Assembly: GCA_951406725.2 (NCBI GenBank)
Contig: OX597837.1
Location: forward strand, 25,234,001-25,298,000
Direction: 5' to 3'
Length of the DNA stretch: 64,000 bases
DNA from: Octopus vulgaris
Taxonomy: Eukaryota
The first letter of the stretch is position 1; the number at the start of each line of letters is the position of its first letter. The position numbers were made by a program, and so were the translations under genes. Shown here in pieces: positions 1 to 12,941 of the stretch. The notes under the pieces were generated by a model. It had not been told where the DNA came from and did not search any database. It saw only the letters and a list, made by a program, of their open reading frames with translations.

Positions 1-2490
1 GACAGAATACCTATTTCTTTATTACCCACAAGGGGCTAAACACAGAGGGGACAAACAAGGATAGACATAGGTATTAAGTCGATTACATTGACCCCAGTGC
101 GTAACTGGTACTTAATTTATCAACCCCGAAAGGATGAAAGGCAAAGTCGACCATGGCGGAATTTGAACTCAGAACGTAATGGCAGACGAAATACGGCTAC
201 GCATTTCGCCCGGCTTCCTAACGTTTCTGCCAGCTCACCGCCTTTACAAAGGGATACTACCCACAAGGGGATGAACACAGAGGGGACAAACGGATTAAGT
301 CAATTATGTTGACCCCAGTGCACAACTGGTACTTATTTAATCGACCCTGAAAAGATGAAAGGCAAAGTCGACCACGGCGGAATTTGAACTCAGAACATAA
401 CAGCAGACGAAATACGGCTACGCATCTTGCCCGGCATGCTAATGTTTCTGCCAGCTCGCTGCCTTTCAGTTTCTTTCAATTTCTGTCTACCAAATCCACT
501 TACAAGGCTTTGGTCACGAAACCCGCTAATGAAGTTCACATGCAAGTGACTGAGCACTCCACAGAGATGTGTACCCTTAACAAAGTTTTCAGGGAGATCC
601 AGCATAACGCATAATGTGACAAGGATAGCCCTCTGAAATACAGGCACTACTCATTTTTGTCAACTGAGCGGACTCAAGCAATGTGAAGTAAAGTGTCTTG
701 CTCAAGGACACAACATACCACCTGTAATCAGACTCACGACAACTACGACCATGAGCTGACTATCCTAACCACTAAGCTATGCATACGTACATATATAGGT
801 TCACATACACATATATCTATATGTATACACACATACACATGTCTGTATATGTATACAAGATATAGATGTGTGTATCTACAATTATGTAGAGGCACAATGG
901 CCCAGTGGTTAGGGCAGCGGACTCGCAGTCGGAGGATCGCGGTTTCGATTCCCAGATCGGGCATTGTGTGTGTTTATTAAGCAAAAACACCAAAAGCTCC
1001 ACGAGGCTCTGGCAGGGGGTGGTGGCAACCCCTGTTGTACTCTTTCACCCCCAACTTTCTCTCACTCTTTTTTCTTGAATAATGCTGCGATGGACTGACG
1101 TACCGTCCAGCTGGGGGTAACACATACGCCATAGAAACCGGGAAACCAGGCCCATGAGCCTGGCTAGGCTTGGAAAGGGCGCATAAATAAAAAGAAATAT
1201 ACAATTGTAGGTGTCTATATACAAATATGGAAATATGACAGTGTATGTATGGCTGTGCGGTAAGAAGCTTGCTTCGCAGCCACATGGTTCCTGGTTCAGT
1301 CCCACTATGTGGCAAGTGTCTTCTGCTATAGCCTCAGGCTGACCAAAGCCTTGTGAGTGGATTTAATATACAGAAACTGAAAGAAGCCAGCTATATATAT
1401 ATATATATATACAGTCCACACTGCAAAGTGGTTGGCATTTGGAAGGGCATCCAGCTGTAAAAACCATGCCAAAACTGACCTCACCTGTGCTGGTGTCATG
1501 TAAAAAGCACTCGGTCCACTCTGTGGAATGGTTGGCATTAGGAAGGACATCCAACCATAAAAACCCAAGCCAAAAACAGACATAGAAGCCTAGTGCTGTC
1601 TTCTGTTTAGCCAGTTCCTGTCAAACTGTCCAACCCATGCTAGCATGGAAAGCAGGCATTAGATAATGACGATGATGATGTATATATACAGCTATAGGTG
1701 TGTAGGTGTATATGCACAGATGTTTGGATGTGAATATAGAAACTGTGCTACATAAAATGCACCCAATACACTTTGTAAAGTTGTTGGCATTAGGAAGGGT
1801 ATCCAGCTGTAGAAACCAAGTCAAAACAAACTATGGAACTTTATGCAGACCCTGGCCTTGCAAAGTTCCTGTCAAGGCGCCCAACCCATATCTGTATGGA
1901 AAATAAATGTTAAATGTTATTGATGATGATGATAATGTATATACAATTATAGGCGAGTGTTTATACAAATATCACCGTGATCACCGTGACTGATCAGGCT
2001 GTCAGATGTTGCTACACATCGCTGGTCACAATGCGCTTCGGATTGTTTTAGCCTTCAAATGATGCTACCCTGCTGGCTAAGTGAGCAAGCCAACAGAAGA
2101 AAGAGTGAGTGAAAGTTGTGGCGAATGGGAACAGAAGGGCTTGCCCCCCCCTCCCCCTGGAGCCTCATGGAGCTTTAGGTGTTTTCACTCAACAAACACT
2201 CACAACGCCCGGTCTGGGAATCGAAACCGCGATCCTACAACCACGAGTCCGCTGCCCTAACCACTGGGCCATTACGCCTCCACATTGTATATACAAATAT
2301 AGTTATGTGTATATACAATTACAGATGTGTGCATATACAAATGTGTGTATATATATAAAGGTAGGTGAGTGTATATACAAATAAAGTGTGTGTGTGTGTG
2401 TGTGTGTGTGTATACAGTTGCTTTATTTTATAGTGGATAATAGTGTGAAAGACTAGCTGAAAATGTAAAAATTTCTTAACCAATACTTAC

Positions 2491-2661
2491 ACGTTTTTTA
2501 GGTCTTTTATTCAAGTTTTGTTTCTTGAGAAGGGATTTGATGGCTTCTATCCATTTCTGCCACATTCGCTGGATCCTCATACGTATAAAAGCATATCCCT
2601 GCCTTTCATTTGGATCAACCAACAGACTCATTAACTGTTCAATATTAGTTGTAACATTGGC
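2491..2661 (-). CDS. MGAT5: MGAT5-like coding exon 7 (gene continues beyond the window start)
   Basis: cacccag|ANVTTNIEQLMSLL...FIRMRIQRMWQKWIEAIKSLLKKQNLNKRPKKR|gtaagt, 171 nt. Resembles MGAT5 WMRLRIRRMADAWIQAIKSLAEKQNLEKRKRKK. Confidence 0.95.
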
Positions 2662-3094
2662 CTGGGTGGAGGAAACAAAAATACCACAAATTAGGTGAGC
2701 TGAAGAATTTACAATATATACGGGAATGGCATCAATCTGGAACTTCAAGTATTTCATTAACTGCTTTCAAATTTTGGCACAAGGTCAGCAAATTTGGAGG
2801 AGTGGTAAGTTGATTATATCAACCTCTGTACTCAACTTGGTACTTATTTTATTGAGCTCAAAAGGATGTAAGGTAATGTCAACTTTGGTAGAATTTGAAC
2901 TGAGAATATAAAGATGGATGAAATGCCACAAAGCATTTTGCCCAGCATGCTAACGATTCTTAAGAATTTCATTAATTAGAAATGAATAAAAATAAAGTAC
3001 CAGTCAAGTAATGGTGGTGATTTTATTGACTTAACCCTGATCCTCAAAACTGCAACCACTGTGCCATAATTAGAGACTATTAATTAATAATTAA

Positions 3095-3315
3095 CCCTTT
3101 TGTTACCGTATTTATTTTGAGATGCTCTGTGTTTCTTTCAATTACTTTAAATATAACAAAGAATTTAGTAAAATAACTTAGTTATAATTAAGCTGATGTT
3201 AGGAACATAAATTGTAACTAAGGTTTGGTGGAAGATTTTAATTCAAAACTTATGAAAATAAGATATTTGTACCACAGAGCCAGAGCCGGTTTCAGCCGGG
3301 TTGGTAACGAAAGGG
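3095..3315. mobile_element. piggyBac-like MITE (TTAA target)
   Basis: TTAA|CCCTTT.GTTACC ... GGTAAC.AAAGGG|TTAA; second copy at 43381-43602. Confidence 0.75.
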
Positions 3316-3585
3316 TTAAACTTAGAAATTAGGTATGAACAGTTAGTAACATGAAATAACATTACAAGGCAGCATTTAAGAAAGAATGTTAACACAGACT
3401 GAAAACAAGCAACTGCATCCGAACACTCAGCACCTGAATCTAAAGCAATCATGGACAAACTGCAGACTTTCTGAATGGCATGCCAACAAAGAATTCCCTC
3501 AAGTTTTTTTAGTAGTATAACCCACCTAATGATGAGACATATGTATTTACAGTTTGACCCTTTAGCATTGAAACCAGCTATATCT

Positions 3586-4234
3586 TATTTCTTTACTGCC
3601 CACAAGGGGGTAAACATAGAGGGGACAAAAAAGGACAGATAAAGGGATTAAGTCGATTACATCGACCCCAGTGCGTAACTGGTACTTGATTTATTGACCT
3701 TGAAAGGATGAAAGGCAAAGTCGATCTCGGGGGAATTTGAATTCAGAATGTAATGGCAGATGAAATACCTATTTCTTTACTACCCACAAGGGGCTAAACA
3801 CAGATGGGGACAAACAAGGACAGACAAACGGATTAAGTCGATCCCCAGTACATAACTGGTACTTAATTTATCGACCCCGAAAGGATGAAAGGCAAAGTCA
3901 GCCTCGGCGGAATTTGAACTCAGAATGTAATGGCAGATGAAATACCTATTTCTTTACTACCCACAAGGGGCTAAACACAGATGGGGGCAAACAAGGACAG
4001 ACAAACGGATTAAGTTGATTACATCGATCCCCAGTACGTAACTGGTACTTAATTTATCGACCCTGAAAGGATGAAAGGCAAAGTCAACCTCGGCAGAATT
4101 TGAACTCAGAACGTAACGGCAGACGAAATACAGCTACGCATTTCGCCCGGCGTGCTAACGATTCAGCCAGCTCGCCGATGAAATACCGCTGAGCATTTTG
4201 CCTGTCGTGTTAACATTTCTGTCAGCTCACTGCC
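3586..4234 (-). mobile_element. Same SINE family, trimeric with an extra head, inserted into a TTAA MITE
   Basis: Junctions GAAATACC|TATTTC at 3769/3770 and 3946/3947; flanking direct repeat AAACCAGC(T/C)ATATCT. Confidence 0.75.
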
Positions 4235-5615
4235 TTAAACCAGCCATATCTGGCCAAATTATTCTACCTGTTTTATGTATAAACCAGCCAGACCTGGCTT
4301 CTCCCATCTACCCTATAATGTCATTCCAAAAAGAAACCATCACATTATCAAACTCTCAAAGTGACAAGATAAATGTTTGATTAATTTGAAACAGTATGAA
4401 TTAATAAGTAATATATTTGGCAGAATAATCTGAACACTAAAGGGATAAAGTGATGTGAAGTATAGCCAGGAAATAGGCAGGAGTTGGGGCTATTGGGTTA
4501 TTGCAATAGAAATCAAAGAAAGGACATGACTCACAGCTCAAGACCTGGGATCATAGACAGTTGCTAAGTCTGAGTGAAGGCTTATTTTTATATCTACTTT
4601 TTTTTCAAGGTGGCACAGACCAGACAAGTCTATAGTAAGACAATCTAGTCACATTTCATCTGCCAATCATCATCATCATTGTTTAACGTCCGTTTTCCAT
4701 GCTAGCATGGGTTGGACGGTTTGACTGGGGTCTGGGAAGCCAGGAGGCTGCACCAGGCTCCAGTCTGATCTGGCAGTGTTTCTACAGCTGGATGCCCTTC
4801 CTAACACCAACCACTCTGTGAGTGTAGTGAGTGCTTTTTACATGCCACTGGCACAGGGGCCAAGGGTGGCTGGCAACGGCCACGATTGGTTGGTGCTTTT
4901 TACATGCCACGGGCACAGAAGCCAGTCAAGGCGGTGCTGGTATCGGCCACATTTGGATGGTGCTTTTTACGTGCCATTGGCACAGGTATCATGACTACAA
5001 TTTCCATTTGATTTTCATTTTGATGTTGATGTACTTGACTCAATAGGTCTCTTCAAGCACAGCAGGTCGCCCTACGATCGAAGGTACTTTTGAATGGGCT
5101 GCGGCTGGAGCTGGTTATGCAAAACTGGTGTAGGATACAGCTGTAAACTCACTTTATTTGCCGGGTCTTCACGATCACAGCATGTCTCCAGAGGTCTCGG
5201 TCTTTTATCATTGCCTCTGTAAGGCCCAACATTCAAAGGTCATGCTTTGCTATCTCATCCCATGTCTTTCTGGGTCTACCTCTACCTCGGATTCCTTCAA
5301 CTGTTTGGGAGTGGCACTTCTTCAAATAGCTCTTCTTATCCATCCATAGTACACGACCATACCAGCGCAAACGTCTCTTTTGCACACTACATCCGATGCT
5401 TCTTATGTCCAACGTTCTTACCCTGCTACTGTTTGTAACACTCTGCTTCCAAACCAGAAACTAAATCAAATGCTTACATCAAGATTTTGACCTTAACTGC
5501 ATTCATATGCTACTATTGTTAAAGAAATTCAGGTTCTTATGAAGTAAGGCAATGGAAGAAATATAAGTTATAAATGCATAAAATAGTAAAAAAAAGATAT
5601 ATTAATGTTATTTAC

Positions 5616-5693
5616 ATAAACTGTAGATATTTTGCGACGATGATTCTCAGTTAAGTTTCCTCTCCAGCTCTTACTGGGACACCACATTTCAAC
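5616..5693 (-). CDS. MGAT5: MGAT5-like coding exon 6
   Basis: ccaatag|VEMWCPSKSWRGNLTENHRRKISTVY|gtaaat, 78 nt. Resembles MGAT5 VENWCPHLPWR. Confidence 0.9.
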
Positions 5694-5824
5694 CTATTGG
5701 AAAGAAAATATTCATAATTTAAATAGTATATATGAAAATGATTATCTTTAAAATACCATGCTTGATCATGGATTTACAACACATTACATCATACAACGTA
5801 GCAGAAGGGATTAACGATAACATT

Positions 5825-6230
5825 GCCAGCCTCACCTGGCCTCCGTGCCGGTGGCACGTAAAAAGCACCATCCGATTGTGGCCGTTTGCCAGCCTGGTCT
5901 GGCCTCTGTGCCAGTGGCACGTAAAAAGCACCATCCGATTGTGGCCGTTTGCCAGCCTGGCCTGGCCTCTGTGCCAGTGGCACTTAAAAAGCACCATCCG
6001 ATCGTGGCCGTTTGCCAGCCTCGCCTGGCACCTGTGCCAGTGGCACGTAAAAAGCATTCACTACACTCACGGAGTGGTTGGCGTTAGGAAGGGCATCCAG
6101 CCGTAGAAACACTGCCAGATCAGACTGGGCCTGGTGCAGCCTTCTGGCTTCCCAGACCCCAGTTGAACCGTCCAACCCATGCTAGCATGGAAAGCGAACG
6201 CTAAACGGTGATGATGATGATGATAATGAT
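5825..6230 (+). mobile_element. (GAT)n-tailed retroposon with ~60-bp internal tandem repeats
   Basis: Four units of TGCCAGCCT..CCTGG...GTGGCACGTAAAAAGCACCATCCGAT then the family 3' end. Confidence 0.65.
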
Positions 6231-7007
6231 TTGATGTAGAACTCAACAAAAATTAGAAGGCAGCACATAGAAGTTATTTTAAACAATAAAATTGAATACG
6301 AAACCTCTCAGTAGCTAACTAATACTATGGTCCAGTGACAGTTTCAATGAGGGTGCCTCTACAGGATTTCTCAATCTGCTGGAAATGGCAGGCAAATTTC
6401 CTCTAAAGATACCTTACCATTCCAAAAGAAAGGAAGAACACATTGGATAATGTATTCCTAAATATGATAACTGGAAATAAGATGGGATGGGCATGGCTAG
6501 AATGCCTTTGATCATAAGTCTGTTTGTTTACAGCTTACCTATGGTTAAACAACAGCAAAAAGGCTGCTGGTGGTGATGGTGGCAGTGATGATGATAACAA
6601 TACAAAGACCATCACTATTAAACTAATGCCTTAATGCTTACATGAAAACAAACTTCTAAATGCAGCTGAGAACCACCTCATGGTGATAGACTGGGAGACA
6701 AACTAACCCTTTGGCATTTAGACTGACCATATCTGACCAATATATTTTTACCTGTTTTACTGGCTAGATCTAACTTCTCATACCTAGCCTACAATGTCAT
6801 TCTAGAAATAAATAATCACATCATTGAAATCCTGAAGCTATGAGATAATGCAGGATTCATTCAAAAGAAGGTGAATAAATAAGCATTACATTTGACAGAG
6901 TATTCTGAACACAAAATAGTTAAATAAAATTGTATGTGCAAATCTTCATTCTCCTCATCTTCATTAATCTCATTATATCTATATGTATGTATATATATAT
7001 ATATATA

Positions 7008-7662
7008 TGCTGTGCTCAAGAAGATCCGGCAAGCCAGATGAGACCATAACCCATGACCTATGCCAGGGGTGTAACCAGCCCACTTATGTATACCTTTTCC
7101 TTCATTGGCCACTAAACTCTGCTTGCGAAGACCTGTTGCGGCAAGTGAAATCAAAATCAATTCGATGACTGGCATCTGTGCTAGCGGGGTACAAAGAGCA
7201 CCATACGAGTGTGATCGTTGACAGAGTGGCTATTCGAGTATGATCATTACCAGCGTTGCCTTACTGGCAATTATGCCTGTGCTAGTAGGGTGCCAAGAAC
7301 ACCATCCAAGCGTGATCATTGCCAGAGCAGCCAACTGGCTTCCATACCCGTGGCATGTAAAAGGGCACCATTCGAGCATGATCGTTACCAACATCGCTTC
7401 ACTGGCACCTGTGCTGGTGGCACGTGTAAAAAGATTCGAGCGAGGTCATTGCCAGTACCACCTGACTGGCCCCCGTGCTGGTGGCACGTAAAAAGCACCT
7501 ACTACACTCTCGGAGTGGTTGGTGTTAAGAAGGACATCCAGCTGTAGAAACTCTGCCAGATCAAGATTGGAGCCTGGTGCAGCCATCTGGTTTGCCAGCC
7601 CTCAGTCAAAATCGTCCAACCCATGCTAGCATGGAAAGTAGACGTTAAACAATGATGATGAT
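7008..7662 (+). mobile_element. RTE-type retroposon 3' region with internal tandem units and (GAT)n tail
   Basis: ..YAVLKK end followed by repeated GTGGCACGTAAAAAGCACC-like units, GGCATCCAGCTGTAGAAAC and CCAACCCATGCTAGCATGGAAA..(GAT)n. Other copies at 4666-5060(-), 7692-8027, 17988-18375(-), 19480-19695(-), 25702-25968(-), 31877-32096, 41018-41252 and 41682-41971. Confidence 0.65.
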
Positions 7663-8221
7663 GGTATATATATATATATCCGTTTCGCGACTGTTGCCAG
7701 CGCCGCCCCGACTGGCCTCGTGCCGGTGGCACGTAAAAAGCACCATCCGTTCGTGTCCATTGCCAGCCTCGCCTGGCCCCGTGCCGGTGGCACATAAAAA
7801 GCACCATCCGTTCGTGGCCGTTTGCCAGCTCTGTCTGGCACCTGTGCGGGTGGCACATAAAAAGCACCCACTACACTCACGGAGTGGTTGGCATTAGGAA
7901 GGGCATCCAGCCGTAGAAACACTGCCAGATTTGACTGGGCCTGATGAAGCCTTCTGGCTTCACAGACCCCAGTTGAACCGTCCAACCCATGCTAGCATGG
8001 AAAACGGACGCTAAACGATGATGATGATATATATATATATATACATATGTGAAGAACTCCCTTTAGTCATGAATGACCATGAGATATATCTCACTATCTA
8101 AAACATTGGTATAAACAGACAGACCATCTATAAAAAGCACACACATACATATAGTCTTAAAAGCAGTTTTAGAATTCCATATACATTCAGAAAAAGGCAT
8201 GAAACAACTGCGATAACTCAC

Positions 8222-8311
8222 CTCACTGAGATACATCAAGAAAGAACATTCTGTACCGTCAACACCATAAAGTTTATAACATGGATGGGTTTTCCACATA
8301 CGTCGCATCCA
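8222..8311 (-). CDS. MGAT5: MGAT5-like coding exon 5
   Basis: tttcaag|WMRRMWKTHPCYKLYGVDGTECSFLMYLSE|gtgagt, 90 nt. Resembles MGAT5 WMKDMWRSDPCYADYGVDGSTCSFFIYLSE. Confidence 0.95.
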
Positions 8312-8482
8312 CTTGAAAAGAGAAAAAAAAAAAAAATTAATAGTTTTAATTACGGGATCGGCAACATTTATCAATTACTAAACAAAAAGCATATATACTA
8401 TATTTTAATGTGTATAAGGAACCCCCTAATTTTGGGGCTTCAAAATTTTGAAAAAAAGGTTTTGTAAGGGATTATAACACAA

Positions 8483-8664
8483 TCGGGAGAGTTTACGAAA
8501 AAAAACAAAAGACGAAGACAGGTGGTGTACAAAACAAACAGATGTATTAGTATAACGCTCAGGAATAGAAAAATATTTTTTACGTTTCGAGCCTACGCTC
8601 TTCTACAGAAAGGGACACAGAAAAAACAAGGAGAGAAAAAAATGTGTGTAGTGGCTAATGATCT

Positions 8665-8735
<71 letters not shown>

Positions 8736-8913
8736 AGAGTTTACGAAAAAAACAAAAGATGAAGACAGGTGGTGTACAAAACAAACAGATGTATTAGTAT
8801 AACGCTCAGGAATAGAAAAAGTCTTTTACATTTCGAGCCTACGCTCTTCTACAGAAAGGGACACAAAAAAAAATAAGGAGAGAAAAAAAATGTGTGTAGT
8901 GGCTAACGATCCA
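8483..8913 (-). mobile_element. Two tandem ~185-bp non-coding elements flanking (TA)n, each with a hammerhead-like motif (Penelope-like pLTR family)
   Basis: Near-identical copies at 8483-8668 and 8733-8913. Minus-strand motif CTTT-CTGTAGA-A-GAGC-GTAG-GCTC-GAAA-(C/T)G-TA-AAA(G). Related copies at 53440-53638 and (truncated) 47491-47557. Confidence 0.6.
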
Positions 8914-9749
8914 TGTATAAGACACTCCTATATATTTTTTTAACCTTATTTTTGACAAAAAGGGGTTCCTTTTACATGTTAAAATACGGTATATGTAGTT
9001 GACTCAATCCTAGAAGAGCCACTAGATTTCCTTCAAACCATCTCTTACCAACATATAAAAGGAAGGATTTGTCAGATAATGTAGTGGCTACATTGACTGA
9101 AAATTATAAGGTATGTTTCATGGATGGAATGTCTTTAATCATACAGTCAGTTTAATCAGAATTAATCTCGGAACTAAATAGTAATAAATCTTTATTAAGT
9201 GTTCTGCCAAATTCATTAAAATCTCTTTAGATCTTTGCTTGTAATTAACAGTCAGAAGAATTTAACCTCCATTTACATTCATGTCCTTCCATATATAGAT
9301 GCAGATGTGTCTGTGTGGTAAGGAGATTGCTCCCCAACCACATGGGTCTGCGTTCAGTTCCACTGCATGGCACATTGAGAAAGTCTCTTCTACTATAGCT
9401 TCAGGCCAACCAAAGCCTTGCAAGTGAATTTGGTAGTCAGAGAAAATTCTAGAATTTTCTCTGACTTCTCAGATTTTTTGTATGCTGGACTACTGGTTTT
9501 AAATTGATATTAAAATTAATATTAATTTATCTCCCTCATTATTTAAATATTGAAATAAATACGTTCCCTAGTAGTAAGCACTAACCGCAGTGAATTATTC
9601 ACTGCAGCCCTTCGCTTCAGGAATTTCTTAGCGCGCCAGAACCAAGACATTTGAAATTTTATCACTAATGTAATCGGTAAAACTAAGCACGTGTCTGTCT
9701 TGGCACAGAAAGCTGGGGTTAGTTTTTCAGTTTGCATTTACACTGACCG

Positions 9750-9826
9750 AATGCACTGATGAAGTCACGGACATTTGAATTATGTAAGTAATTCTTTTGT
9801 TAAAGGCCGAAACCGAGGTATGCATT
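9750..9826 (+). ncRNA. Type I minimal hammerhead ribozyme (A-C at base of stem II)
   Basis: AATGCA-CTGATGA-A-GTC...GGC-C-GAAA-CCGAGG-TA-TGCATT; 6-bp stem I and a minimal stem III. Confidence 0.7.
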
Positions 9827-9958
9827 TAAGTCTGTTTTTTATATAAATTTTCATCTGTCCTGCCCGCCAAATTTGGTTCTGGTGTTCGCTGAATTTTTCC
9901 TCTAGAGAATTTCCTTTGTAGTTTGATCGTTGATGATCTGTTTCTAGCATACGGCCGG

Positions 9959-10004
<46 letters not shown>

Positions 10005-10175
10005 CTGGTTATTAATTGGGAATCAGAGTTAGAGAGGAACATAGAGAAGGATTATTAATATCAGACATCTTACATGTTTTTACTACATGTATACCTCTGT
10101 GGTTCCCATTAGTTATGAAACATATGTAATGCAGAAAAATATTACCAAAAAATGTTTACCAGTTTTTCTGTTTTG

Positions 10176-10235
<60 letters not shown>

Positions 10236-10832
10236 TATGTAGTGGCTACATTGACTGAAAATTATAAGGTATGTTTCATGGATGGAATGTTTTTAATCAT
10301 ACAGTCAGTTTAATCAGAACTAATCTCAGAACTAAATAGTTATAAATCTTTATTAAGTGTTCTGCCAAATTCATTAAATGAGATAGCTCCACGCGCTTCC
10401 ACACACACACTCACACACACACATATATATATGAGGGTGCATGGTCTAGAGGTTAAGGTGTTGCACTCATGATCGTAAAATTGTGGTTTCAATTCCTAGA
10501 CTGGGTGGTGCATTGTGTTCTTGAGCAAAGCACTTCATTTCACATTGCTCTGTTTACAATCTTATAATAATATAATATAATATAATATAATGACAGAATA
10601 TTAAATGTCCATTTGGATTGAACTATATACATGTGGTACACTACGCACCTGTTCAGACAACATCAATTTGATGGAGAGGCTGAACCTATGTGGAGGCCAT
10701 TCAGCAAAAGCTGGACACTCATATGTCATCTTCGACAGGGAGGTCCATCAGATGTGTGCGTGCATGTGTGTGTGTGTGTGTGTGCGCGCGTGTATACATG
10801 GCTTAGTGATGCATGTGTGTGTGTATGTATGT

Positions 10833-11156
10833 TAAAAGACTCCGCCGGTTACGACGACGAGGGTCCCAGCTGATACGATCAACGGAACAGCTTGCTCGTG
10901 AAATTAACGTGCAAATGGCTGTGCATTCCACAGACACGTGCACCCTTAATGTAGTTCTCGGGGATAATCAGCGTGACACAGAGAGTGACAAGGCTGACCC
11001 TTTGAAATACAAGTACAACTCATTTTTGCCAGCTGAGTGGACTGGAGCAACGTGAAATAAAGTGTCTTGCTCAAGGACACAACGCGTCGCCGGGAATCGA
11101 ACTCACAACCTTACGATCATGAGCCGAATGCCCTAACCACTAAGCCATGCGCCCTC
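10833..11156 (-). mobile_element. tRNA-derived SINE (fourth family, GTGTCCTTGAGCAAGACACTT core)
   Basis: A-box TGGCTTAGTGGT and B-box GAGTTCGATTCC on the minus strand. Relatives at 520-785, 19840-20035 and 21155-21483. Confidence 0.7.
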
Positions 11157-11759
11157 ACTGTATGTATGTACACACACACACATTGACTGAAAATTATAAG
11201 GTATGTGTGTATGTATGTACACACACACACACACAGAGTAATAACTCACTTTATGAGACTCTGGGTTTGAAAGTTTTATTTTGCCGCTCACTTTGTATAG
11301 TGAACTGAAATTTTTTTTGAGCAGAAGATCCAAATTTTGAATGAAGTGCAAAAGCTTCTACTACCATAACAAATGCTTCTGCGTATTACTGAGAAATTTA
11401 TAGAGAATGAAAAAAAGCTTCTTCTAAGCAAACAACCCTAGACTAAGAAATCTACAAGTCCGTCTATGAGTGTTAGTGAATTGGCAATCGGGTCTACAAG
11501 TAACAGTTTGTGAAAGTCTAGCATAAGTGAAAGTGATGCAGAAAATGATTATAAATGGTCTTCACATTCTTTTTACTTTACATAAAATATTCTTCACATT
11601 CTATTTTGTTTTAATGCTATTTATTCATGAGTATTATAAATTTTACAGGTAAAATATTTTTCTGGGAACAAACTACAATTAATAACACTGCTACTATGGG
11701 AAATTATTGCTCTGCTTTATGAGTTCCCTCTTTATGAGCAAATTAACTCATATATTGAG

Positions 11760-12173
11760 GCATTACTGTATATACACCCATAAAATTATTAAACATCTTA
11801 CAAACAATAACTCTGAGCATCTTTTCAAACTCCACCTGTCTAACACCTGTGAACATGTTTACAAAGTCAGAAAACAGCACAGCTCCCATGATTTTCAGAA
11901 ACATTTTTTCATGCTAATAATTGCTGAAGCATGGAACAGACTGCCGGCATCAGTTGTTAGTTGTCAGAGCACTGCATCCTTCAAAACTTCCATGCTTCCT
12001 GAGATTCGCCAACACTACACCTGATTTTCTCCCCTCCATACACACGCAAGCATGTATCTGACTCATACACTGTTTACTTTCCAGACATTTGTACATTACT
12101 GCATATGCTTTATACGCACTTTTGACAAGTTGTGGTGCACCTGAGCACTGTATACAATAATTTCATTATTATT
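11760..12173 (+). mobile_element. CR1-group LINE 3' end
   Basis: LFKL..SNT..HVYKVRKQ....F.KHFF...AEAWNRLPASVV......FK, then a 3'UTR ending in (ATT)n. Confidence 0.7.
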
Positions 12174-12366
12174 ATATATGATTGTGTATGTGTGTGTATA
12201 CATATATATATAGTACTTGTTTACAATTTACATGTGAAGTTATATTATAAATACTTCACATCTCAGACCATGGAAATGAAAAGAATATTTGGGGAAGCTG
12301 TTCTATAAAACAGTTCTATCCAGATAATGATGAAGTGAGTACAGGTAAGAATGGTTGACAATTTAC

Positions 12367-12449
12367 CTCAAGTTTTCCAGTGCAAAATGGATGGGAAATT
12401 TTATCACTTGGCGACAAAGTACAGCTTTCAACTTTTCCTGCAAGAATAT
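12367..12449 (-). CDS. MGAT5: MGAT5-like coding exon 4
   Basis: tttccag|(D)ILAGKVESCTLSPSDKISHPFCTGKLE|gtaaat, 83 nt, phase 1-0. Cys spacing resembles MGAT5 DIINGAQEKC...YPHCEGKIK. Confidence 0.9.
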
Positions 12450-12941
12450 CTGGAAATAAATTTAAAATTTGAATATTTCTGTAGGAACGAATTCTAGTTA
12501 GCTGTTATTTTACGTGTGTCTCTTTGAGTCATGAATTTCTACCAAACCAAATCTAATACATATTGCTTTCAAATTTTGGCACAATGCCAACAGTTTTCAG
12601 GGGAGGAAGTAAGTCAATTATATCAACTGGTACTTATTTTATTGACCCTGAAAGGATGAAAGGCAAAGTTGACCTTGGTGGAATTTGAACTCAGAACATA
12701 AGGACAGATGAAATGCTACTTAGCATCATGCTCAGTGTGCTAACGACCATGCCAGCTCACCACTTTTTCAAATCTAATTTAAATTAATCTCACATGTCAG
12801 TGTGCATGCACAACAGTGTAAATGATCTGAGAGGAAAACTAGGTGTAAGAGGCTTCAGATGTTTTGTGCAAGAGAGATGGGTGTGCTGGTTTGGTCATGT
12901 GATGCGTATGGGTGAGGACAGGTGCATTAAGAAGTGCATAA

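Noticed and set aside
5825-6060. CRISPR-like array of repeated units
   Set aside because: The units repeat in full with no unique spacers, the context is eukaryotic and there are no cas genes.
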